Assembly (NCBI GenBank): GCA_043827025.1
Contig: JBDRPL010000027.1
Span: forward strand, 1 to 12,489
Direction of reading: 5' to 3'
DNA: 12,489 bases
Origin: Candidatus Micrarchaeota archaeon
GTDB lineage: Archaea > Micrarchaeota > Micrarchaeia > Anstonellales > Bilamarchaeaceae
The position numbers and the translations under genes are program-made. This document shows, piece after piece, positions 1 through 7,431 of the stretch (positions are counted from its first letter, which is position 1; each line of letters begins with the position of its first letter). The notes beneath the pieces were generated by a model, which saw only the letters and a list, made by a program, of their open reading frames with translations, had not been told where the DNA came from and did no database searches.

Positions 1-19
1 CCTTCCACCCTTCACAATA

Positions 20-134
20 TGGGAACTGTATCCACCCTCTAAAGAAGGTAGGGGTTAGTTCCCAGCCATCGGGTCGCTTTCAGATGGGGGAGTCAGGAAT
101 CCCAGGGAAACTAGAGGGGCGCTCCCCTCTGGTT
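20..134. other. GC-rich structured non-coding region with three consecutive stem-loops (candidate ncRNA, REP/MITE-like element); may continue left of the window
   Basis: Inverted repeats read directly: TGGGAACT(20-27)/AGTTCCCA(57-64); CCATC(66-70)/GATGG(83-87); AACTAGAGGGG(109-119)-CGCT-CCCCTCTGGTT(124-134), 11 bp with one G:U. Direct repeat TCCACCCT at 4-11 and 31-38. Confidence 0.55.
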
Positions 135-141
135 GGCCTAA
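84..141. repeat. Bipartite dispersed repeat, copy 1
   Basis: ATGGGGGAGTCAGGAA (84-99) plus CTCCCCTCTGGTTGGCCTAA (122-141) match, in the same order and orientation, ATGTGGGAGTCAGGAA (11203-11218) plus CCCCCCTCTGGCTGGCTCAA (11290-11309). Confidence 0.7.
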
Positions 142-146
142 AAAAA
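140..146 (-). terminator. Possible archaeal oligo(T) terminator of the 218-1738 gene
   Basis: T7 tract on the minus strand about 70 nt downstream of the TAG at 218-220. Oligo(T) termination is established for archaea; this site is only inferred. Confidence 0.3.
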
Positions 147-217
147 GAGCCTCGGAAAAGATTCTAGAAACTGACAATTGATTGTCGAATTTTTCGACAT
201 AATGTGAAATAACAGGG

Positions 218-1738
218 CTACTCGGAACCGTAGATGCTTTTCTCATCTTTGTATTTTACATCGACAACCGTTGGAACCCCATTAATTTTTTCTATTTTCC
301 AACCATCTTGCAATATATAAGATGGAACTTTTGGAGCAAATGTTCTTTTGGCACCAGTGGATTTATGTATCAATGCACCTATGGCATTCTTGTTCTTTCC
401 GGTAGAACAGGATTCTAGAATGATGATTACACCCTCGAGGTATTTTCTCAATTCTTCTAATTCTTTAGCATCCGTAAGATCCAAACAAACGTTTTCTTTG
501 TATTTTTCGTTATAGGTAAATCCAAGTTCCATGCTGTCTGGGTCACCATGCGCACCAATAAGAAGATGGGTTATTTTGCCATAAGTTTCGTTTGTCTGTT
601 TTACTGCAGCATAAAAGTCACGTTCAGAATCTGCTTCATAAAGTACTACATCAAATTGTGATGAAAGATAATCAAATTTTTTATTGTCCTTGTAAAATGC
701 ACCATTAAGATCGCGATGATTATAAATTACAAGAAAAGTTGGTTTTCGATATTGTTTTTCTATATCCTCCCTTGAGACATATTTTGGAGAATACCCTACA
801 TCAACCTGATAAAGTTGTCGTTCTAGCTCTTCTTTGCTATACCTCAAAAAATACCTTATATTTCGCTGTTCATAAAGTTTCCAGGTATTCTCATTCCCAA
901 AAACTGCCCTGCCATACACCCAGTTAAGAGTGTTGATACGTCCAGCCTGCAGATAATGCGTGATCAGGCCCTTTTCTGTTTCTTCTTCTCCAGATTCCAC
1001 TGAAGGGACAACAAGATTTGGATTTTTTAACAAAGCAAGAATTTCTCTGAACTGGGAATCAGTAACTTGGCTAAAAAAAGCCTCAAGCCATAATGTTTTA
1101 TAGACTGGATAATATTCATCAGTGCCAATAAACCAAAATTTAAGGAAATTAACAAAGTCCTCAGGTTCTTTTTCAATAAAAGAGCTGAGACGGCCTGCAG
1201 ACTCGAATGCACAAGTGTCTGGATTTTTTGATTTGGGAACAAGATGGTTAAGTGCCCAATAAAATGAACTGGCTTTATCATCAGAATATGAAACGTGTTG
1301 ACCAATCTCACACACTCTTTTAAAAGTACGAAGATAGTTAAGGTCTGCCCATGAAGAAACCAATAATGAAAGAGTGGAAAGAGCAGAGGTCTGAAATTTT
1401 TCATCCATTTTAAGAATAACTGACAGTGTTTCTTTCAGTTCCCTAAGCATCTCAGCCTGAAAGTCAGGTCTTGAAACAAGCGAAACAAGAATAAAAAAAG
1501 TACTATAGTCTCCCTGAATGTGATGAGGGATGATTAATTTGTCATCATCAATCCTTCTCAGGACATAACCTGCAGTTTTTAGAGCCAGAAGTTTATCTTT
1601 CCTGCTAAGCCCGCCCCAAGCTTTTACCAGTTCCTCTCTTAGCTCTTTTGGTGCATCTAACAAAGAATCAGGAAATTTGATAGGGATCATACTAGCCCTA
1701 CTTTCCTTTTTTGTTTCAGGCAGCAATAATTCAGGCAT
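218..1738 (-). CDS. Hypothetical 506-aa protein with a probable helical N-terminal region and a C-terminal caspase-clan (CD) / DUF4347 / C80-like His-Cys domain
   Basis: Long ORF with ATG start and TAG stop. C-terminal motifs 'ITHLLIGAHGDP' (H397) and 'VIIILESCSTG' (C444) each follow a hydrophobic beta-strand, with 47-residue spacing. The CDS call is strong; the function is inferred. Confidence 0.8.
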   Translation of the reverse strand: MPELLLPETKKESRASMIPIKFPDSLLDAPKELREELVKAWGGLSRKDKLLALKTAGYVLRRIDDDKLIIPHHIQGDYSTFFILVSLVSRPDFQAEMLRELKETLSVILKMDEKFQTSALSTLSLLVSSWADLNYLRTFKRVCEIGQHVSYSDDKASSFYWALNHLVPKSKNPDTCAFESAGRLSSFIEKEPEDFVNFLKFWFIGTDEYYPVYKTLWLEAFFSQVTDSQFREILALLKNPNLVVPSVESGEEETEKGLITHYLQAGRINTLNWVYGRAVFGNENTWKLYEQRNIRYFLRYSKEELERQLYQVDVGYSPKYVSREDIEKQYRKPTFLVIYNHRDLNGAFYKDNKKFDYLSSQFDVVLYEADSERDFYAAVKQTNETYGKITHLLIGAHGDPDSMELGFTYNEKYKENVCLDLTDAKELEELRKYLEGVIIILESCSTGKNKNAIGALIHKSTGAKRTFAPKVPSYILQDGWKIEKINGVPTVVDVKYKDEKSIYGSE

Positions 1739-1762
1739 ATCTAGAATATTAGAGGAATACGG

Positions 1763-1770
1763 ATTTAAAT
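1763..1770 (-). promoter_or_regulatory. Putative archaeal TATA box for the 218-1738 gene (leaderless geometry)
   Basis: ATTTAAAT lies 25-32 nt upstream of the ATG at 1738, inside the palindrome GATTTAAATC (1762-1771). Confidence 0.45.
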
Positions 1771-1826
1771 CGATAAGTAAGGAAGGTTATTCATCTTTTT
1801 AAATGCACAAAAATATCCATCAATGC

Positions 1827-1835
1827 TTTAAAATA
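1827..1835 (+). promoter_or_regulatory. Putative archaeal TATA box for the trpB-aro operon (leaderless geometry)
   Basis: TTTAAAATA is centred about 26 nt upstream of the ATG at 1857, and no clear Shine-Dalgarno precedes that ATG. Confidence 0.5.
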
Positions 1836-1856
1836 TGGATTTGGAACATTTTGAGT

Positions 1857-3101
1857 ATGGATATCAATAAACAGGATGCTTACTTTGGGGATTACGGAGG
1901 CATATTCGTGCCTGAGACATTGATGGCTCCGCTCAAAGAACTGAAACACGAATTGGAAAAGGCAATGAATGATCCAATTTTTATTGATGAATTGAACAGA
2001 ATGCTGAAGGATTATGCTGGACGAGAAACTCCGCTCTATTTCTCAAAGAATCTGTCAAAAATGTTTGGCGGGAAGATTTATCTGAAGCGCGAGGATTTGC
2101 TTCATACGGGTGCTCATAAGATAAACAATGCCCTTGGTCAGGTATTGCTTGCCAAAAGAATGGGCAATAAAAGAATAATTGCTGAAACAGGTGCAGGCCA
2201 GCATGGAGTTGCAACTGCCACAGCTTGTGCTGTGCTTGGTCTTGAATGTGAAGTATATATGGGTGTTGAGGACGTGCAAAGACAGAGATTAAATGTGTTC
2301 AGGATGAAACTACTCGGGGCAACGGTGAATGTTGTTGACAAAGGTTCTCGAACCTTGAAGGATGCTATAAATGAAGCTCTCCGTGATTATGCCACGAATT
2401 ACAAGAATACGCATTACGTCATTGGTTCCGCTCTTGGCCCCCATCCTTATCCAAAGATGGTTCGCGACTTTCAATCGATTATTGGAAAGGAAGCAAAGAA
2501 GCAGATACTCGAATTCGAAGGAAGATTGCCGAATTATTTGATTGCATGCGTTGGCGGAGGAAGCAATGCAATTGGACTTTTTCATGAGTTTCGGAATGAT
2601 GCCGAAGTCAAGATGATTGGTGTTGAAGCTGGAGGCCTTGGAATCGAGACAAAGAAACATGCTGCGAGATTTGCCGAGAAACGTCTGGGAGTGCTGCACG
2701 GCACGAAAACATACGTGTTGCAGAACGAAGAAGGACAGATCAGAGAAACGCATTCCATATCAGCAGGTTTGGATTACCCGGCAGTTGGGCCAGAACACGC
2801 ATACTTGGAGGCGTTGGGAAAGGCAAGGTATGTTTCAGTAACAGACAATGAGGCATTAGAGGCGTTCGGATTGTTGAGCAGAACAGAAGGCATAATCCCA
2901 GCACTTGAAAGCGCGCATGCTATCGCTTATCTGAAGAAGATGGGCAACGAACTGAAGAACAAAGTGGTGATTGTGAATCTTTCAGGACGCGGGGATAAGG
3001 ATGTTGAAGTCGTATCAACGACTTCGACAGATTTGACTGAAAGTCAAACTGACGTGGAGAGTGTTTCCAGCAAGAAAGGTTTAATAAACCCTAAAACCTA
3101 G
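1857..3101 (+). CDS. trpB: Tryptophan synthase beta chain (TrpB1 type)
   Basis: Motifs [37 protein letters not shown] (PLP lysine), [41 protein letters not shown] and NLSGRGDKD. Start placed at ATG 1857 rather than 1803 because homology begins there and the TATA spacing fits. Confidence 0.97.
   Translation: MDINKQDAYFGDYGGIFVPETLMAPLKELKHELEKAMNDPIFIDELNRMLKDYAGRETPLYFSKNLSKMFGGKIYLKREDLLHTGAHKINNALGQVLLAKRMGNKRIIAETGAGQHGVATATACAVLGLECEVYMGVEDVQRQRLNVFRMKLLGATVNVVDKGSRTLKDAINEALRDYATNYKNTHYVIGSALGPHPYPKMVRDFQSIIGKEAKKQILEFEGRLPNYLIACVGGGSNAIGLFHEFRNDAEVKMIGVEAGGLGIETKKHAARFAEKRLGVLHGTKTYVLQNEEGQIRETHSISAGLDYPAVGPEHAYLEALGKARYVSVTDNEALEAFGLLSRTEGIIPALESAHAIAYLKKMGNELKNKVVIVNLSGRGDKDVEVVSTTSTDLTESQTDVESVSSKKGLINPKT
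3002..3090 (+). other. Four tandem hairpins within the 3' extension of trpB
   Basis: TGTTGAAGTCGT-ATCA-ACGACTTCGACA (3002-3029, 12 bp with one G:U); TTTGACT-GAA-AGTCAAA (3032-3048); TGGAGA-GTG-TTTCCA (3055-3069); GGTTT-AAT-AAACC (3078-3090). Confidence 0.65.
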
Positions 3102-3109
3102 TTAATAAC

Positions 3110-5044
3110 ATGCTCTGTACTGTCATTGCGAAGCAGAAGGCAGATGATGCCATCCAAGCCATAAAAGAAGCAGCCGAACTCGGAGCAGACATTATTGAAC
3201 TGAGAATAGATTTTCTCTCTGATAAGGGCGAAGTCAAACGAATTATTTCTTCTTCTCCTTTACCTGTGATTGCAACTAATCGCGAAGGCAATCAATCTCT
3301 GTTAACTGATGCAATAAAGGCAGGGGCAAAATATGTTGATATGGATATGAATGAAATAGATAAAATGGTAATAGAGGTTGCCCGTAAAGTTGGGTGCAAA
3401 GTCATTCTCTCATACCACAATATCCACGAAATGCCTTCCATAGGCAAACTAACAGAAATTTACAACAAACTCAAGGCAAGCAAGGCAGACCTGATAAAAA
3501 TAGTCCCTACTTCAAACTCAAAAATAGACAATGCCACCATACTTTCAATGTATGATGGAATGCAAAACAACCTAATCGCATTCGCAATGGGCGAAATTGG
3601 AAAACCAACAAGGCTGAAGGCTGTTGAAAAAGGGGCAAGATGGATGTACTGCGCAACTGACAGAAAGGTTGCTCCTGGGCAATATTCACTGGAAGAGGCA
3701 AGAAAGGTAATCAAAAGAAGATACTTCATAATCGGCGACCCAATCGGACACTCAGTTTCGCCACAGATGCACAACTCGAATTTCTCATCACTTGGATTGA
3801 ACTCAACATATGAAGCAATAAAAGTAGCAAAGGAAGACCTCAAAAAGTTTGTTGCTGACCTGAGGAACTCGAATTATTCCGGTGGAAATGTTACAATCCC
3901 GCACAAAATCGAGATTCGAAAGTATGTTGATGAAATAGATCCACTGGCAAAAGAAATAGGCTCCATCAATACAGTAAAGAATTTCGCTGGAAAGCTTGTT
4001 GGTTACAATACTGACGGATATGGAGCGCTTCTCTCACTGGAAGAAGCCATTGGAAAAGTAGATGGCAAAGAAATTGCCATACTCGGCGCAGGAGGAGCTG
4101 CAAGAGCCATTGCATTCACCTTTGAAAAACATGGCGCAAAAGTCACAATAGTAAACAGGGATGCAAAAAAAGCCAAGGAAATCACAAACAACATAGCAGA
4201 ATACTCGAAGCTTGCAGAAGTAATGAGAAGAATAGACATCCTAATTAATTGCACCCCTCTTGGAATGTCCCCAAAAATAGATGAAAGCCCTGTGCCAAAA
4301 GAATATTTCAAGGGTACAAACAAAAACATGGTTGTCTTTGACATAGTGTATAATCCGCTGATGACAAAGCTTCTCAAAGAAGCCAAGGAAGCAGGATTTA
4401 AAGTAATAACTGGAGAGAAGATGCTTGCCTACCAAGCTTCAGGATCTTTTGAGATATGGACCGGCATGAAAGCGGATGCCAAGACAATGCTTGAAGGCGC
4501 AAGAACAAAACTGAATGAAAAGGAGGGTAATTCCACCATTGCATTGATAGGTTTCATGGGAACTGGCAAAACCACCATAGGTTCAATACTGGCGCAGAGA
4601 CTTAACAAGAAATTGATTGACATTGACAAAGAAATAGAAAACGAAGTGGGAAAAGAGATAGACAGGATATTCGAAGAAGATGGAGAATCGCACTTTAGAC
4701 TACTGGAAAAGAAAGCAGTTATGAAGCATTTCAATGGCAACTCTAATGCAGTGGTTTCATGCGGAGGAGGAACAGTCCTAGACATGGAAAGCTCCCTGAA
4801 AATAAAGGAGTGTTCACGAGTGGTGTTGCTAAGGGCAAAACCTGAAACAATAGTGGAAAGATTAAAGGATAACTTATCAAGGCCCTTGCTTCACATATCA
4901 AGTGAGGAAAAAATAGAAAGGATAAAGAAAATATTGAAGCACAGAAAGGCAATATATGAAATGTCAGCCAATTATGTAGTAGATACAGATGGACTGACTC
5001 CGGGCCAAGTGGCAGATAAAATAATGGAGAAATTAGGGAATTAA
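3110..5044 (+). CDS. aroD-aroE-aroK: Trifunctional type I 3-dehydroquinate dehydratase / shikimate dehydrogenase / shikimate kinase
   Basis: AroD (~3110-3710): ELRID, ILSYHN, ADLIKIV (Schiff-base Lys), FAMGEIG, APGQ. AroE (~3716-4510): GDPIGHSVSP, NVTIPHK, GYNTDG, ILGAGGAARA, DIVYNP. AroK (~4535-5044): GFMGTGKT P-loop, DID, GE..FR..E, GGG, RPLL. Confidence 0.95.
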   Translation: MLCTVIAKQKADDAIQAIKEAAELGADIIELRIDFLSDKGEVKRIISSSPLPVIATNREGNQSLLTDAIKAGAKYVDMDMNEIDKMVIEVARKVGCKVILSYHNIHEMPSIGKLTEIYNKLKASKADLIKIVPTSNSKIDNATILSMYDGMQNNLIAFAMGEIGKPTRLKAVEKGARWMYCATDRKVAPGQYSLEEARKVIKRRYFIIGDPIGHSVSPQMHNSNFSSLGLNSTYEAIKVAKEDLKKFVADLRNSNYSGGNVTIPHKIEIRKYVDEIDPLAKEIGSINTVKNFAGKLVGYNTDGYGALLSLEEAIGKVDGKEIAILGAGGAARAIAFTFEKHGAKVTIVNRDAKKAKEITNNIAEYSKLAEVMRRIDILINCTPLGMSPKIDESPVPKEYFKGTNKNMVVFDIVYNPLMTKLLKEAKEAGFKVITGEKMLAYQASGSFEIWTGMKADAKTMLEGARTKLNEKEGNSTIALIGFMGTGKTTIGSILAQRLNKKLIDIDKEIENEVGKEIDRIFEEDGESHFRLLEKKAVMKHFNGNSNAVVSCGGGTVLDMESSLKIKECSRVVLLRAKPETIVERLKDNLSRPLLHISSEEKIERIKKILKHRKAIYEMSANYVVDTDGLTPGQVADKIMEKLGN

Positions 5045-5058
5045 TAGATTGGTGAGTA

Positions 5059-7431
5059 ATGATGATGAATGAGGTTTCAATTATACTTAAAAAAACAGAT
5101 GGCAATATCACAGGGACAGTTACAGCACCCCCTTCAAAAAGCTACACTCACAGGGCAATAATATGCGGGGCGCTTGCAAAAGGAAAAACAATCATAAAAA
5201 ATGCACTTATATGTGAAGACACGCTTGCGACTATCGAAGCTTGCAGGAAACTAGGTGCAAAAATAGAGACTGTTGAAGATTGTTTAGAGGTGGACGGAAC
5301 AGAAAACACTTTACTTAAGGATTATGGAAACCGAGATGTCCATTGGAAGGATCTGACAATAGATTGCAAGGAATCAGGTTCCACACTAAGATTCATGATA
5401 CCTCTATGTACCTTGACAGAAAGACCTACCAGAATAATCGGAAAAAGCGGACTACTAAAAAGGCCTACGAAACAGATCGTCGAATCTTTGACAAAAATAG
5501 GAGTTTCGATTCATGATAATGACGGAGTTCCTCCTGTGAAAACGGGAGGGGGGCTGAAAGGCGGGCGAATTGAAGTAGCAGGCAATGTAAGCTCCCAATT
5601 CATTTCAGGTTTGCTGTTTGCTCTTCCATTGGCAAAAGAAAAGAGCGAAGTAGTGGTAACAACAGACGTTGAATCTAAGAATTACATTGAAATGACGCTT
5701 GACATATTGAATACGTTTGACATAAGCGTCGTGAACTCTGCTGACCTCAAGAAATTCCTCATATCGCCTAACCAAAGCTATAAACCAAAAAAATATGCTG
5801 TTGAAGGAGATTATTCGTCAGGCGCTTTCTTGCTTGCACTGGGCATATTGGCAAGCGATAAAGGAATCTATGTAAAAGGGCTGGAAGAAAAGACGTGGCA
5901 GGGGGATGCGGAATTCGCCCGCATACTCAAAAGAATGGGTGCAGAGATAACCTTCCAAAAGGGTTACAGAGTTGCAAAAAGCCATCTTAACGGATGTGAA
6001 ATAGATGCAAAGAACATTCTGGACTTGGTGCCAATATTATGCGTTGTGGCAACCCAAGCCAACGGAAAAACAATCATAAGGAATATTGAAAGACTGAAGA
6101 TAAAAGAATGCAACAGGGCAGCTGCCATAATCTCTGAACTAAGAAAGATGGGTGCAGACATCGTTGAGAAAGAAAACGCAATTGAAGTTGTTGGACCCAC
6201 CAAGCTAAAAGGCGCTGTGATTGATCCGCATAATGACCATAGGATAGCCATGGCCTGCTCAGTAGCTTCGCTGATTGCTGATGGGGAAACAATAATCCTT
6301 GATCCGACTTGCATAAAAAAATCATATCCTGAGTTCTATAATCACCTTAGAAGATTAGGGGTTGAAGTAACCACGCTTGAGAATTCATTTGGAAAAAAAT
6401 TCAAGATACAGACTTACGGGGACTCGCATGGGAAGAAGATAGGCGTCCTGATAGACGGCTGCCCTAAAGGAATTGGAGTAAGTATTCAAGACATACAAAA
6501 TGAATTGGACAAACGAAGAAGCTACGGCGAGCTTTCGACTCCAAGGAAGGAAGAGGACAAGGTGACTGTGCTTTCAGGAATAGAAAACGGAGTTGCAACT
6601 GGGAGCGTCATACGACTCGAAATCTTGAACATGGATACTCATTCCAAAAGCTATGAATCGATTAGGAATAGTCCAAGGCCAGGGCATGCTGACTATACGG
6701 CGTTCATGAAATATGGAAGCGTGTTTGACTATCGTGGCGGAGGATTCCTTTCAGGAAGAATGACTGCATGCATGGCCATGGCAGGTGCAATTGCAAAGAA
6801 GATCCTTTCAGGAAAGGACATTGCGGTAAATGCGTACGCAAGGCAGATAGGCAAAGCAAAGTTCACAAAGGAAGTCAGTGTTGAAGATTTGAAGAAATAC
6901 AAAGGCATTGCAAATTGTCCATTCGAAGAAACTTCAAAGAAGATGATTGCGGAGATAGAAAATGCCATGAAAGATGAGGATTCTGTTGGTGGGATAGTTG
7001 AATGCAGAATAGATGGTGTTCCTATGGGAATCGGGGAACCGATCTTCAATTCTATTGAATCGATTGTATCTCATGCGATGTTTTCCATTCCTGCAGTTAA
7101 AGGAATAGAATTCGGTTCGGGATTCTCAGGCTCTGGAAAGAAAGGGAGCGAAAACAACGATCCATTTGTAGTGAAGGATGGCGAGATTCAGACAAAGACG
7201 AACAATGCCGGCGGGATACTTGGCGGCATTTCAAATGGAATGTCAATTATTTTCAGGGTTGCAATAAAACCCACCTCTTCCATTGGAAAGGAGCAGGATA
7301 CTGTTGATTTGAAATCCATGAAAAATGCCAAGATAAAGATAATTGGAAGGCATGACCCGTGCATAGTTGTTCGCGTACCAGTTGTGGTTGAGGCAATGGC
7401 AGCAATTGCATTGGCAGAGTTGATGGAATGA
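5059..7431 (+). CDS. aroA-aroC: Bifunctional EPSP synthase / chorismate synthase
   Basis: AroA (to ~6370): PPSKSYTHRA, ESGSTLRF, SSQFISGLL, EGDYSS, KECNR, DHRIAM, KSYPEF. AroC (from ~6380): NSFG..TYGDSHG, RPGHADY, RGGG..SGR, SIPAVKGIEFG, TNNAGGILGGISNG, KPTSSI, GRHDPC. The SD GGTGA at 5051-5055 suggests the real start is the second or third ATG (5062 or 5065). Confidence 0.95.
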   Translation: MMMNEVSIILKKTDGNITGTVTAPPSKSYTHRAIICGALAKGKTIIKNALICEDTLATIEACRKLGAKIETVEDCLEVDGTENTLLKDYGNRDVHWKDLTIDCKESGSTLRFMIPLCTLTERPTRIIGKSGLLKRPTKQIVESLTKIGVSIHDNDGVPPVKTGGGLKGGRIEVAGNVSSQFISGLLFALPLAKEKSEVVVTTDVESKNYIEMTLDILNTFDISVVNSADLKKFLISPNQSYKPKKYAVEGDYSSGAFLLALGILASDKGIYVKGLEEKTWQGDAEFARILKRMGAEITFQKGYRVAKSHLNGCEIDAKNILDLVPILCVVATQANGKTIIRNIERLKIKECNRAAAIISELRKMGADIVEKENAIEVVGPTKLKGAVIDPHNDHRIAMACSVASLIADGETIILDPTCIKKSYPEFYNHLRRLGVEVTTLENSFGKKFKIQTYGDSHGKKIGVLIDGCPKGIGVSIQDIQNELDKRRSYGELSTPRKEEDKVTVLSGIENGVATGSVIRLEILNMDTHSKSYESIRNSPRPGHADYTAFMKYGSVFDYRGGGFLSGRMTACMAMAGAIAKKILSGKDIAVNAYARQIGKAKFTKEVSVEDLKKYKGIANCPFEETSKKMIAEIENAMKDEDSVGGIVECRIDGVPMGIGEPIFNSIESIVSHAMFSIPAVKGIEFGSGFSGSGKKGSENNDPFVVKDGEIQTKTNNAGGILGGISNGMSIIFRVAIKPTSSIGKEQDTVDLKSMKNAKIKIIGRHDPCIVVRVPVVVEAMAAIALAELME

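Noticed and set aside
100..140. 5' end of archaeal SRP RNA on the minus strand (TAGGCC...GGGG...CCCC)
   Set aside because: The resemblance is superficial: the UGUNR Alu motif is absent, the diagnostic helix 8 would lie outside the window, and the motif recurs at 11290-11309.
84..141. Integron attC, CRISPR repeat or HDV-like ribozyme interpretation of the bipartite repeat
   Set aside because: There is no RYYYAAC/GTTRRRY pair in both copies. Only two distant copies exist, with no regular spacers or cas genes. The nested HDV P1/P2/P3 pseudoknot could not be built.
192..219. dif/Xer-like site (TTTCGACATAA-TGTGAA-...)
   Set aside because: Only one arm resembles a Xer-binding arm; the other arm does not match.
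55..246. 63-aa minus-strand ORF, and likewise the 67-aa ORF at 11106-11309
   Set aside because: Both run through the GC-rich repeat/hairpin elements, and the peptides look non-protein-like. They share only PEG, which comes from the repeat itself.
1803..1856. 18-aa N-terminal extension of TrpB given by the ORF track
   Set aside because: It has no TrpB similarity, it contains the TATA-like box, and ATG 1857 fits both homology and promoter spacing.
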